Assembly (NCBI GenBank): GCA_033977065.1
Contig: JAXCHI010000004.1
Location: 160,001 to 224,000 of the forward strand
Source: Candidatus Algichlamydia australiensis
Lineage (GTDB): Bacteria; Chlamydiota; Chlamydiia; Chlamydiales; JAJFMI01
Reading direction: 5' to 3'
DNA: 64,000 bases
Shown here: in pieces, positions 46,912 through 60,773 of the stretch
Position numbering within the stretch: position 1 is the stretch's first letter
Layout: each line of letters begins with the position of its first letter
Translations under genes and position numbers: made by a program
Notes under the pieces: model-generated
What the model was told of the DNA's origin: nothing
Database searches by the model: none
What the model saw: only the letters and a program-made list of their open reading frames with translations

Positions 46912-46931
46912 TCAAATAGAATGAAAAATTT

Positions 46932-47858
46932 GTGAATCAAAAGAAGATTGCTGTAATTGGTGGGGGGTTAGCAGGTCTGGGGGTGGCGTATTCGCTCTTG
47001 GTAAAGGGCTGTAGGGTCACGCTATTTGAAAGGGAGCGGGTAGGTGCGGGAGCCTCCGGTGTTGGATCAGGACTATTACACCCGTTTATCGGAGAAAAGG
47101 CTCTCTATTCAAAGAGGGGCCATGAGGGGATGGTTGCGACAAGAGAGCTGCTTGAGGTAGCAAGTGAGCAGCTGGGACGATCGGTTTTTTCTGAATCGGG
47201 GATTATGCGCTACATGGTTAAGGAATCCCAGAAGGAGCATTTTGCCAAGCGCGCAGCAGAGTTTGAGGAGCTTTTGTTAACAGAAGAGGGGCTCTTTATT
47301 TCAAATGGAATTACAGTCTTCATGTCTCTTTATTTGCAGGGGCTTTTGAAGAAATGTTTGACACTAGGGCTTAAGGTTCGCAACGAGGAGGTGCGGCAGC
47401 TGCCCGAATTTGACCATGTTATTTTAGCGGTTGGTAGGGGAATTTTCTCTTTTGGACTCGATTTGGAGGTAAAACCTGTGAAGGGACAGGCTCTGCGCTG
47501 TCGTGGTTCTTTTGAAAGGAGTTTAATTGGTAAAGGGCATTTGGCGGTGACAGAGGATCCAAACTGCGTACACTTGGGATCCACGTATGAGCATTACTTT
47601 ACCGATGATGAGCCAGACTTAGAAAAGGCGAAGGAAAATATTTTGCGGCAGGTGGAATCTTTTTTACCAGATGCTCGTGGTCTTGAGATTTTAGATTGCA
47701 TAGCAGGGGTACGCGTTTGTCGGAAAAATGGATATGAGCCGATTGCCAAGGTATTAAATGAAAAGTGCAGTGTTTTCACAGGTTTAGGATCGCGCGGTCT
47801 TCTCTATCACGCTTTGCTTGGCAAAGAGCTAGCAGATAGAGTATATTGCCTGGTATGA
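46932..47858 (+). CDS. FAD-dependent oxidoreductase (DAO/MnmC C-terminal-like)
   Basis: IGGGLAG, GASG, PVKGQ, GSTYE, GLGSRGL. Confidence 0.85.
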   Translation: MNQKKIAVIGGGLAGLGVAYSLLVKGCRVTLFERERVGAGASGVGSGLLHPFIGEKALYSKRGHEGMVATRELLEVASEQLGRSVFSESGIMRYMVKESQKEHFAKRAAEFEELLLTEEGLFISNGITVFMSLYLQGLLKKCLTLGLKVRNEEVRQLPEFDHVILAVGRGIFSFGLDLEVKPVKGQALRCRGSFERSLIGKGHLAVTEDPNCVHLGSTYEHYFTDDEPDLEKAKENILRQVESFLPDARGLEILDCIAGVRVCRKNGYEPIAKVLNEKCSVFTGLGSRGLLYHALLGKELADRVYCLV

Positions 47859-48628
47859 AAGGTTCATTTTTATTCTTGGGAACGGGCTCGTCCATGGGAA
47901 TTCCTGTGCTGCTTTGTGACTGCTCTGTTTGCAAGTCTCTTTCTCCACACAATAAGAGGCAGAGATCGGCGGGTATTATTACGCTTGAGAATAAAAAATT
48001 TTTACTTGATGTGGGTCCTGACTTTCGTCAGCAGGCGATTCAGTATAAAGTGAATGAGATTGACGGTCTGATTTTAACGCACAGTCACTTCGATCATGTA
48101 GCTGGATTTGATGATTTAAGAGTTTTTTCTTTTTTTGATCGCGGCCCTTTTCCCGTGTTGCTTTTTGAAGAGACTTATGCAGAGTTAACAAGATGTTTTC
48201 CCTATCTAGCCCAGATTGATCCTTTTTTACCGCGAAAAAAGTTCTCTTTTCAACAGGTGAAAGGGGATTATGGAGAGGTGATTTTTTTGGATATGCCAAT
48301 CAAATATGTGAGTTTTACTCAGGCAAAGATGAAGGTCATGGGCATAAGGATGGGAAATTTTGCTTTTGTCTCCGATATTAAGGAGTACGAAGAGACGATT
48401 TTCGACCACCTGCAGGGAGTAGAGACGCTTGTCTTAAGTGCCTTGAGGGAGGAAAGGTCTCCTGTTCATCTAAGTTTAGGTGAGAGTTTGGCTTTTGCAG
48501 AAAGAGTGGGGGCAAAACGGACTCTGCTCACGCATATTGCGCATGAGATGGATCATGAAATTGTTTCAAAGAAATTACCAGAGGGTGTGGAGCTCGCTTA
48601 TGATGGAATGGAGGTAGAGTTTGGCTGA
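47855..48628 (+). CDS. MBL-fold metallohydrolase (PhnP-like)
   Basis: LGTGSSMGIP...C.C.VC, THSHFDHVAG, THIAH. Confidence 0.88.
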   Translation: MKGSFLFLGTGSSMGIPVLLCDCSVCKSLSPHNKRQRSAGIITLENKKFLLDVGPDFRQQAIQYKVNEIDGLILTHSHFDHVAGFDDLRVFSFFDRGPFPVLLFEETYAELTRCFPYLAQIDPFLPRKKFSFQQVKGDYGEVIFLDMPIKYVSFTQAKMKVMGIRMGNFAFVSDIKEYEETIFDHLQGVETLVLSALREERSPVHLSLGESLAFAERVGAKRTLLTHIAHEMDHEIVSKKLPEGVELAYDGMEVEFG

Positions 48629-49925
48629 GCTCAAAGGAGATCTTTACGAAGAGCAGAGAGCTGCTGTTGAGGGGCTATCGCGCGCACTTTTACTTGGGGT
48701 ATACACAGCTGCCCAGGAAAAAGAGCAAGCGAAAGAGCATTTAAACGAGCTTGAAGATCTTTCTAATACGTATGGTTTTGAGGTGGTCAAAAAACTGCCT
48801 GTGCATTTAAGACAAATCTCTTCAAAAACAGTTTTTGGTTCGGGAAAGATTGAAGAGATTCGTGAGATGATTGAAGAGCTCAAAATCGATCTTGTGATTT
48901 TGGATGATGAGGTTTCACCTAATCAGCAGCGCAACTTAGAAAAAGAGTTTAAAAAACCGATTCTGGATCGTACGGAGCTAATTTTAGAGATTTTTTCCAA
49001 GCATGCGAAGACAAAAGAGGCCAAGCTGCAAATTGAATTGGCAAGCTCCCGTTATCAGTTACCGCGCCTAAAGCGCCTCTGGACCCACTTATCCCGTGAA
49101 ACTTCAAAAGGTGGATCGAGTTTTTCTCGTGGGATGGGGGAGAAGCAGATTGAGGTCGATCGCAGATTGATCAAGAGCCGTATCGCTTTTTTGCAAAAAG
49201 AGATTGAAAAAGTGCGTGTGATACGCAAGACGCAGCGCCGACAACGCCAGCGTACAAAGATTCCAACTTTTGGAATTATTGGGTATACAAATGCGGGAAA
49301 ATCGACTCTTTTGCACGCTCTTACCGAGGCAGATGTACTGCGCGAAGATAAGCTTTTTGCTACTCTTGACACAACAACGCGTAAGTTTCATCTCCCCAGC
49401 GGTCAGCCCATTTTATTAATTGATACAGTGGGCTTTATTCGCAAAATCCCCCACCATCTCGTTGCGGCTTTTAAAAGCACTTTGGAAGAGGTGCTCTACA
49501 CCGATATTTTATTGCATGTAATCGATACCTCTCATCCCGCGGCGGTGGAGCAGGCTTTAGAGTCATTAAAGGTTTTAAAGGAGCTTGGCGGAGAAAAAAA
49601 ACCGATGGTTACGCTGCTCAATAAGACAGACAAGCTTACATCTTCCGCTTTTTTGCATCGCTTAAAACTGCGCTTTGTTAAGACTGTTCCCATTTCAGCT
49701 CTCTCTAAAGAGGGCTTTGAGGAGCTTTTAGAACGCATGGAGCATGAGATTCGCGCCCTGCGATCAAGTGTGCGTTTGCGTGTACCTCAAAGTAAATTTG
49801 AGCTGATTGCACGCGTTCAGCGTGAGGGACGGGTGGACAAGATCGACTATGAAGAAAATGATGTGCTCTTGGAGGCAGATATTCCCAAGGTGCTTGAGCG
49901 TGAAATGAAGGAGTATGTCCTATGA
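48621..49925 (+). CDS. hflX: GTPase HflX
   Basis: GSGK, DRTELILEIF, GYTNAGKST, LFATLD, DTVGF, NKTD. Confidence 0.95.
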   Translation: MAELKGDLYEEQRAAVEGLSRALLLGVYTAAQEKEQAKEHLNELEDLSNTYGFEVVKKLPVHLRQISSKTVFGSGKIEEIREMIEELKIDLVILDDEVSPNQQRNLEKEFKKPILDRTELILEIFSKHAKTKEAKLQIELASSRYQLPRLKRLWTHLSRETSKGGSSFSRGMGEKQIEVDRRLIKSRIAFLQKEIEKVRVIRKTQRRQRQRTKIPTFGIIGYTNAGKSTLLHALTEADVLREDKLFATLDTTTRKFHLPSGQPILLIDTVGFIRKIPHHLVAAFKSTLEEVLYTDILLHVIDTSHPAAVEQALESLKVLKELGGEKKPMVTLLNKTDKLTSSAFLHRLKLRFVKTVPISALSKEGFEELLERMEHEIRALRSSVRLRVPQSKFELIARVQREGRVDKIDYEENDVLLEADIPKVLEREMKEYVL

Positions 49926-50599
49926 TCGCAGAAGAGATGCCAAGAGAGAGAATGCTTGCACAGGGACCCGATGCGCTCTCTGTGAGCGAGCTGATTGCCA
50001 TTTTGCTTGGCACTGGAGTTCGCGGAAAGGGGGTTACAGACTTTGCTAAAGATTTGCTTACGCAGTTTGGGAGCATGCGCGCGCTTTTTGAGGCGCCGCT
50101 GCAAGAACTGATGGCAGTCAAAGGCATTGGCACAGCTAAAGCTGTTCAACTTAAAGCTGCTTTCTCATTAGCCCTGCGACTTCTCCAGGAGAGTCGCCAA
50201 AGAAAAAAAGAGATTGTAACACCGAGAGATGCCTATGAGCAGCTAAGCACACACTTTTTCTTTCACGATCGTGAGGAGATGGTGGTGCTTTGCCGTGATA
50301 CACGAGGCAATTGCATTGCTCTTGAGCCGATTACAAAAGGCGTTTTAAATGAGGTCAGCTATCACCCTCGCGAAGTACTACGTGAGGTCTTGCGTCATCA
50401 AGCTTACTCGTTTGTTCTAGCGCATAACCATCCCAGCGGAGATCCCACTCCCTCACAAGCAGATAAAGAGGTGACATTTGCCTTAGTGCAAGCAGCGCAT
50501 GTTGTGGGCATTCGTCTTGATGATCATCTTATTGTGGGGGATCACTCTTATTATTCGTTCTTTGAATCTAGAAATATCCCTAGTCGAACTCGTTACTAA
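49922..50599 (+). CDS. radC: RadC/JAB domain protein
   Basis: PRERM, ELIAILL, HPREV, HNHPSGDPTPSQAD, DHLIVG. Confidence 0.93.
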   Translation: MIAEEMPRERMLAQGPDALSVSELIAILLGTGVRGKGVTDFAKDLLTQFGSMRALFEAPLQELMAVKGIGTAKAVQLKAAFSLALRLLQESRQRKKEIVTPRDAYEQLSTHFFFHDREEMVVLCRDTRGNCIALEPITKGVLNEVSYHPREVLREVLRHQAYSFVLAHNHPSGDPTPSQADKEVTFALVQAAHVVGIRLDDHLIVGDHSYYSFFESRNIPSRTRY

Positions 50600-50627
50600 T
50601 AACTAAGTTAATTTTTTAAAATTTACA

Positions 50628-50752
50628 AAACTCGGGTTACTACCCAATTTCTCCTATGGAGAGAGTATTTTATAAATATTTCTGAAATTTGAAACTAAAC
50701 AGATTACGAAAAGGCTCCTTCTAGAGGGGGAAGGGGGCTGCAATTCGAGTTT
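50628..50752. mobile_element. About 125-bp family D element
   Basis: Ends AAACTCGGGTTAC / GCAATTCGAGTTT; shares TCTAGAGGGGGAAG with 53346-53461. Confidence 0.7.
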
Positions 50753-50764
50753 ACAAAATCGCAA

Positions 50765-52951
50765 TTAAAAGATTGCTCCCTTAGGAGGGAGGATTCGGCT
50801 TCTGATGAAATTAGCTGCCTCTTCATTTGCCTCTTCATTCTGTAAATTTTCAATTTCGCGATCAATCGAGCTCCGTTCTCCTTGGCTAATTAGCTTGTCT
50901 ATTAACAAACGCACACAATCATCATCGCCTGCTTTGGCAGCTACCGAAAGTAGTGAATGTTTTGCTAGTTGAATATCTTCTTGTTCCAAAAAGAATTTTA
51001 CAATTTCTCTTGTTTCTTCTATTTTTTCATTTTCAGGATTAGTGACGTTTTGTATCGCGCAATGAAGAGGTGTGTTGTACGCTTTATCAAGAGCATTAAT
51101 ATTTGCTTTAAAATCTTCTACAAGGGAAGTTACCATTTTTAAATTATTTTGCATTACAGCAATATGCAAAACAGTAAAGTAGTTCTTAGGCTCTCTTGTA
51201 TTAATATTAAAATATCGACTAACTGACTCTAAAATCTTTGATTGTGGGTATGCTATTTTATGTACTACTGCCATATGTAGAGGAGTTACGTGAGGAAATA
51301 ATAGATCCTGGGATTTATCAAGCAGCATCTTGGCTATCTCAATATTCCCGTGTCTAGTTGCAAGTGCTGCAAGCGAAATCTCACCTTCCAATAAAATATC
51401 AGCGGTAGCTCCCTTTTCCAATAAAAAATTTACAGTCTCGTTATTACTAGAACATACTGCACAATACAGAGGAGTGCAGTAGTCATTTGTTTTTGCCTCA
51501 ATATTTGCCCCTGCCCCATGCAAAGCCTTAACAACTTTTGTGCTACTATACATCACTGCAAGATGAAGAGGAGTGTAGCCGCCATTTGTTTTTGCCTCAA
51601 TATTTGCACCTACACGAAGAAAAGCCTTAACAATTTCTAAGCAATTATATCGTGCTGCAAAATGAAGAGGAGTGTAGCCGTCATCTGTTTTTGCCTCAAT
51701 ATTTGCCCCTGCCCCATGCAAAGCCTTAACAATTTCTAAGCAATTATATCGTGCTGCAAAATGAAGAGGAGTCGAATTATCGTCTGTAAGTGCATTAATA
51801 TTTGCCCTTGCCTCAAGCAAAGCCTTAACAGCTTCTGTGCGATCATATTCCGCTGCAAGATGAAGAGGAGTTAAATTATCGTCTTCAACTGCATTAATAT
51901 TTGCCCCTGCCTCAAGCAAAGCCTTAACAGCTTTTGTGCAACCATTTTGTGCTGCAAGATGAAGAGGAGTCTTATCTTTATTTGTTTTTGCCTCAATATT
52001 TGCATTTGCACTAAGAAAAGCTTCAACAATTTCTAGGTGATTATTTCGTGCTGCAAGATGAAGAGGAGTCTTACCTTTATTTGTTTTTGCCTCAATATTT
52101 GCACTTGCACTAAAAAAAGCTTCAACAGTTTCTAGGTGATTATTTCGTGCCGCAAGATGAAGAGGAGTTAAATTATCGTCTTCAACTGCATTAATATCTG
52201 CCCCTGCCTGAAGCAAAAACCTGCTAGTTTGTGTGAGACCATAGTCCGCTGCAAGATGAAGAGGAGTCGAGTTTTCGTCTGTAACTGCATTAATATCTGC
52301 CCCTTTCTTAAGCAAAGCCTTAATAATTTCTATGTGATCATATTGCACTGCAATATGAAGAGAAGTCCAACGATTATTTTTAGTTGCATTAGGATCTGCT
52401 TTTGCGTCAAGCAAAGCCTTAACAATTTCTAAGCAATTATATCGTGCTGCAATATGAAGAGGAGTCAAATCATTGTCTGTAACTTCATTAATATCTTTCT
52501 CTCTACGAAGATAAAAATTTACAGCTTCTAAATGGTTTAATTTTATAGCCATAAAAATTGGGTGAACTTTAGGCTTTTCCTTGTTTTCAAAGTAATTAGA
52601 TAGTTTTTCACACACTCTAACCCAAAAGTCTAAGTCACCAGTTATCGATTCTTTATTTTTAATGAGCCAGTCGATGTCCCCTTTGTCTGCATAATCTAAC
52701 ACTGTTTTATTTGAATTTATCTCAGCTTCTGATTGAGAAGCTTCTGTTAGACGTTGACGTTTTTTGGGTATTTGGGAAGAGGTGGGATTTTCTTCATCTG
52801 CAAGCCTTTTCCCAGTGTGAGTAACTCTGTCTTTTAAAGTCGGTGGAGTATTGCCATTTGACACGTTTGGTAAAATAGGCAAAGTATTTGGTTTGCTGGT
52901 ATGGCTAGTAGGTTCTTCTTGATGTTTAGGGCCTGCTTGAATTGATTGCAT
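50765..52951 (-). CDS. Ankyrin-repeat protein, putative effector
   Basis: Many TPLHLAA...VKALL.AGANINA repeats; disordered N-terminus containing PKKRQRL. Confidence 0.92.
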   Translation of the reverse strand: MQSIQAGPKHQEEPTSHTSKPNTLPILPNVSNGNTPPTLKDRVTHTGKRLADEENPTSSQIPKKRQRLTEASQSEAEINSNKTVLDYADKGDIDWLIKNKESITGDLDFWVRVCEKLSNYFENKEKPKVHPIFMAIKLNHLEAVNFYLRREKDINEVTDNDLTPLHIAARYNCLEIVKALLDAKADPNATKNNRWTSLHIAVQYDHIEIIKALLKKGADINAVTDENSTPLHLAADYGLTQTSRFLLQAGADINAVEDDNLTPLHLAARNNHLETVEAFFSASANIEAKTNKGKTPLHLAARNNHLEIVEAFLSANANIEAKTNKDKTPLHLAAQNGCTKAVKALLEAGANINAVEDDNLTPLHLAAEYDRTEAVKALLEARANINALTDDNSTPLHFAARYNCLEIVKALHGAGANIEAKTDDGYTPLHFAARYNCLEIVKAFLRVGANIEAKTNGGYTPLHLAVMYSSTKVVKALHGAGANIEAKTNDYCTPLYCAVCSSNNETVNFLLEKGATADILLEGEISLAALATRHGNIEIAKMLLDKSQDLLFPHVTPLHMAVVHKIAYPQSKILESVSRYFNINTREPKNYFTVLHIAVMQNNLKMVTSLVEDFKANINALDKAYNTPLHCAIQNVTNPENEKIEETREIVKFFLEQEDIQLAKHSLLSVAAKAGDDDCVRLLIDKLISQGERSSIDREIENLQNEEANEEAANFIRSRILPPKGAIF
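51470..52480 (-). repeat. Tandem 99-bp ankyrin-coding repeats
   Basis: GCAAGATGAAGAGGAGT and TTTTGCCTCAATATTTGC recur at 99-bp spacing; boundaries approximate. Confidence 0.85.
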
Positions 52952-53028
52952 AATAATATTTTTTGTTTATTCATTAATAATAAGGGATTTTGATCTATTT
53001 TTCAATAAAAATCCCTTGTTTTATAAGA

Positions 53029-53153
53029 AGATATCTTCAAATTAATTTTTGTTGAGCTTTTGAACTCAATTTAAGCGAGTAATATCAATCTACGGATATA
53101 ATTCGCTTAAAATGAACCGAAACATCGACTGAATTTTAATTTGAAGACAACCT
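53029..53153. repeat. About 125-bp imperfect palindromic element (family E)
   Basis: TCTTCAAATTAA/TTAATTTGAAGA outer arms; TTTAAGCGA/TCGCTTAAA inner arms. Confidence 0.72.
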
Positions 53154-53230
53154 ACTCAAGTTGCTACCCCCTTTCCCCCTCTGGAGAGATCCTTTTTGCG
53201 ACCTGTTTCGTTTAAAATTTCTGTAGATTT
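53154..53230. repeat. Partial family D element abutting family E
   Basis: ACTCAAGTTGCTACCCCCTTTCCCCCTCTGGA matches the reverse complement of the right arm of 50628-50752. Confidence 0.68.
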
Positions 53231-53345
53231 TTAAATTTTTTTTATTTAGATAAAAATTTAGTGATTACACAAAGCGAATAAATATAAAGTACAGTGCTTG
53301 GAGTCGCCTTGAATATAAAATATTTTTAAGTGGTTTTTTTCTTAA

Positions 53346-53461
53346 AAACTCAAGTTGCTGACCAGTCTCCTCTATAGTAAGAGGGATTTTTGATGAGGTG
53401 TTTCGTTTTAAATTGCAGGTTGCGAAAAGGGTCTGTCTAGAGGGGGAAGCAACGTGAGTTT
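53346..53461. mobile_element. About 116-bp family D element overlapping the marC stop
   Basis: Ends AAACTCAAGTTGC / GCAACGTGAGTTT. Confidence 0.72.
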
Positions 53462-54047
53462 AAAAGGCTTGACGAATCTGTTCAAAAACCCCATTCATAA
53501 TCATTTGAACAGCAATTAAGGTTACGAGTAAGCCACCAATTCTTTCAAAAGCAGAGATCCCTTTTTCGCCAAGGAGTTTTTTGATTGTAGGTGCAAAAAG
53601 GGCGATAGCAAGGGAGGGAATCCATGCGATTAAAATGAGGAGAGAAGTGAGAGCGCCACTATCTAACTGCTCAGCAAAAATCATGACAGCGCTTAACGAT
53701 CCAGGACCTGCGATGCAGGGGATTGCCATAGGGAAGACAAAGGGTTCTTGAGTGGGCTGCATATCCATATCTCGCTCTTCGGGGAAGACCATTTTTACCC
53801 CAATTAGGACAAGGAGGATACCGCCACCAATACTGAGAATAGCAGGAGTAATTCCGAGAGCACTTAAAGCTTTAGCGCCTGTGAATCCAAATAGAAAGTA
53901 GGCTCCGAGTGCAATAGACATCTCGCGTAAAATAATTTTTCGCTGTCTAGCAATTTCATAACGCGCAAGCAGGCCGATAAAGATCGGTAGATTTCCAATA
54001 ATGTTGATGATCGCAAAGAGCGAAATAATTTTTGGGCCAATTTCCAT
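53460..54047 (-). CDS. MarC family membrane protein
   Basis: INIIGNLPIF, GGILL, PMAIPCIAGPG, ERIGGLLV. Confidence 0.9.
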   Translation of the reverse strand: MEIGPKIISLFAIINIIGNLPIFIGLLARYEIARQRKIILREMSIALGAYFLFGFTGAKALSALGITPAILSIGGGILLVLIGVKMVFPEERDMDMQPTQEPFVFPMAIPCIAGPGSLSAVMIFAEQLDSGALTSLLILIAWIPSLAIALFAPTIKKLLGEKGISAFERIGGLLVTLIAVQMIMNGVFEQIRQAF

Positions 54048-54104
54048 AAGTACTTCTTATGTTACTCAATTTCGTTATAATTGGAAAGTTGATACACTAT
54101 ATGG

Positions 54105-55352
54105 ATGCATCAAAAGAAGTTTACCATTGCAACACTTGGTTGCCGTACCAATCAATACGAATCACAAGCCTATACGGATCAACTTGAAGCTGCTGGTTTT
54201 GTGCAAGCAAAAAAGGGTGAAGAGGCAGGTGTCTGTATTGTCAATACTTGCACTGTAACACAATCGGCAGATGGGCGTAGTTTTGCTGCAATTCGCAAAC
54301 TGATGCGCAACCACCCCAATGCAAAAATTGTCGTGACAGGCTGCATGGCCGAGCGCGAAAAGCAAAAAATTGAATCTATTGATCCTAAAATTCAGGTAGT
54401 AGGCAATAACGAGAAGGAGCATCTACTTGAGCTCGCGCTGCCTGAAGTGGAAAATTTTCCGGAGTTTTCAATTAAAAATTTTGAGGCGCATACGCGCGCG
54501 TTTGTAAAAATCCAAGATGGCTGCAACTCTTACTGCTCCTATTGCATTATTCCTTATGTACGGGGTCGTTCGCGCTGCAAGGATCGCAAGGTCATTTTGC
54601 AGGAGGTCAAAGATCTTATTGCCAATGGGTATAAAGAGATTGTTTTAACTGGGATTAATATTGGTGATTTTGAAGGATTGGCTAGCTTAGTTCGTGAGAT
54701 TGACCAGATGGAAGGTTTGAGGCGTTTGCGTCTCTCTTCTATTGATCCCGATGAGGTCGATGAAGAGCTCTTGCGCGCGATCATTGATGGCAAGCGTACA
54801 TGCAAATCGATGCACATTGTTTTGCAGGCAGGCTCGAATGTTGTGTTAAAACGCATGCGGCGCAAATACACAAGGGAAGAATTTTTTGATACGGTGCATC
54901 GCTTGCGCGCTGCACATCCCGACTTTACTTTCACAACAGATGTCATTGTTGGCTTTCCCGGTGAGACAGAAGAGGATCATGCAGAGACTTTAGATGTAAT
55001 CTCTCAAGTACGTTTTGCTAAGGTGCATATGTTTCCCTACTCTGATCGTCCTAAAACACGCTCTGCGCGCATGCCGAATAAGGTGCCCAAAGCGATGAAA
55101 GAGAAGAGGCGTCAAGAGGTAATGCGTAAAGCGGAAAAAGTGGCGTTTGACATGCGTAAAGAGTATGTTGGTAGAGTGATGGATGTGCTTTTAGAAGGAG
55201 AAGATCCGCTAAGAGAGGGCTACATCCGCGGACACACTGATAACTTTTTGCTTGTCTCTCTTCCTAAAGAGGGGGTGCGCTCCAACGAAATTGTCTCTGT
55301 AAAATTAGAAAAAAATGAACCCGACTGCTTAGTAGGTACTCATGCAAATTAA
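54105..55352 (+). CDS. mtaB: tRNA t6A37 methylthiotransferase
   Basis: TLGCRTNQYES, NTCTVT, KIQDGCNSYCSYC, HMFPYSDRP. Confidence 0.92.
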   Translation: MHQKKFTIATLGCRTNQYESQAYTDQLEAAGFVQAKKGEEAGVCIVNTCTVTQSADGRSFAAIRKLMRNHPNAKIVVTGCMAEREKQKIESIDPKIQVVGNNEKEHLLELALPEVENFPEFSIKNFEAHTRAFVKIQDGCNSYCSYCIIPYVRGRSRCKDRKVILQEVKDLIANGYKEIVLTGINIGDFEGLASLVREIDQMEGLRRLRLSSIDPDEVDEELLRAIIDGKRTCKSMHIVLQAGSNVVLKRMRRKYTREEFFDTVHRLRAAHPDFTFTTDVIVGFPGETEEDHAETLDVISQVRFAKVHMFPYSDRPKTRSARMPNKVPKAMKEKRRQEVMRKAEKVAFDMRKEYVGRVMDVLLEGEDPLREGYIRGHTDNFLLVSLPKEGVRSNEIVSVKLEKNEPDCLVGTHAN

Positions 55353-56298
55353 AGTTGCGCAGCGTTTTAAACCCTTTTCTCACACTCCCGGCGTAAAAGC
55401 GTCTCTGCCATGGAGCCATTTATGTGTACAAGCCTTTCCTACAAAGATTATAGTTGGGGATCAAGAGCTAAATTTAGAAGTTACAGGCCCAGTAAAAAAC
55501 TTTACTCTAATTCAAGATTTAGAGAGAGGGGAGATTCGTGTTTTTGGCACACCTTTGGAAGGCTACTTTGAATTTATTATCCGCGCAAATGAGTGGATTC
55601 TCTCCCGCTGTCCGAAAAATGGGTTGAAGATCAATGGTAGAGTGCACCAACACGCTGATCGAGTCGAAATTGCGTCTGAGAGCATGCCCAAAAAAGATCT
55701 GGAGCGCCTCGCTCTTGGCTGTCACAAAGAGCAGGAGTTTGTCAAAATGGCAAAACGCCAAGATATGGCAGAGATTTTGCCTTTCTGGTTTTTTCTGGGG
55801 CAGCAGTTGCCCAAAGCAGACGGGGTACACCCTCTTTTAACAGAGGGTAAGTTGGAAGAGCTTTTTCAAGTAGGTTTTGATGATCTCTTTTGCCCCGATT
55901 TTTCTGATAAAAAACACTTGGGAATGAATGTTGAAGGGGCGCGAGGAAATAGGCGCGTACTTTTAACGGAGGGGGCTCAGCAGATTCGTGAGCGTTTTTT
56001 CAAACGCGAAGGAAACAGACTTACGCTCTTAACAGATTCCACTTTCTCTGAGGGGCGCTTTATTGATCTGCAAGAGAAGGGCCTGGGAAGGGTGCATTTT
56101 GAGTGGACAAAGCATAAAATGCGCCGCTTTATCTTAGAGAGTGATCTTGAAGGAGAGGTTTCTCTTCTCTTGCCTAAATCGCTTAAATCGTGCAGGTTGC
56201 GATTCTCTGTTCAAGAGCGAGGCCGAGAACTATTACTAGACTCTCCATTTTTTGTGCAAAAAGGGCAGAAAGTTTATCTAGATCGATTTCAGAAGTAA
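55342..56298 (+). CDS. Conserved chlamydial hypothetical protein upstream of glgB
   Basis: RFKPFSHTPG, GPVKNFT..QDLE, EWTK, YLDRFQK; resembles the glgB-adjacent chlamydial family as I recall it. Confidence 0.75.
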   Translation: MQIKVAQRFKPFSHTPGVKASLPWSHLCVQAFPTKIIVGDQELNLEVTGPVKNFTLIQDLERGEIRVFGTPLEGYFEFIIRANEWILSRCPKNGLKINGRVHQHADRVEIASESMPKKDLERLALGCHKEQEFVKMAKRQDMAEILPFWFFLGQQLPKADGVHPLLTEGKLEELFQVGFDDLFCPDFSDKKHLGMNVEGARGNRRVLLTEGAQQIRERFFKREGNRLTLLTDSTFSEGRFIDLQEKGLGRVHFEWTKHKMRRFILESDLEGEVSLLLPKSLKSCRLRFSVQERGRELLLDSPFFVQKGQKVYLDRFQK

Positions 56299-56381
56299 CT
56301 AATAATTAGCCATTTGTATTATTAGTATAATTAAATTAATATATTGTTATAATTAAATTAAGAATAAATATAGGTTTAATT

Positions 56382-56684
56382 ATGACAAAGGTTTCTGAAA
56401 CAGCACAAAAAACAACTATAGCAGCACAAGAGAGTAAAAGTATAAGCTCGCTTACCAAGCTAGTAAAGTCTCTTCTTAACAAACTTTCTGAATTGTTTTT
56501 CTCGAAAAAGCCCGTAGATTTAAAAGAAAAAGAGGTTGTGCAAATAGATCCTCTCACCAGAAAAGAAGGAATGGAGAAATTCGCAAAACTTGTTGCTGCA
56601 AAACCAGTAAGCTCTTCCGATGCTCAGAAAAAAATTGCAGCCAGTTTTAGGTTTATGAGAAGAGTAGATGTGGAAGGTGTCTAA
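56382..56684 (+). CDS. Small hypothetical protein
   Basis: 100-aa ORF after an AT-rich spacer; S/T/K-rich N-terminus. Confidence 0.55.
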   Translation: MTKVSETAQKTTIAAQESKSISSLTKLVKSLLNKLSELFFSKKPVDLKEKEVVQIDPLTRKEGMEKFAKLVAAKPVSSSDAQKKIAASFRFMRRVDVEGV

Positions 56685-56722
56685 CTCTTGAGTATAGTCG
56701 CTCATAGTGTTACTATGGGCGC

Positions 56723-60735
<4,013 letters not shown>

Positions 60736-60773
60736 TTCCTATAATAACTGTTTCTTAACAAGGAGTTTTTCTA

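Noticed and set aside
49922..50599. radC as a marker of a mobile element
   Set aside because: It is the full-length chromosomal type, translationally coupled to hflX.
51470..52480. Regularly spaced repeats as a CRISPR array
   Set aside because: The 99-bp period lies in frame inside an ankyrin ORF, the spacers are homologous to each other, and no cas genes are present.
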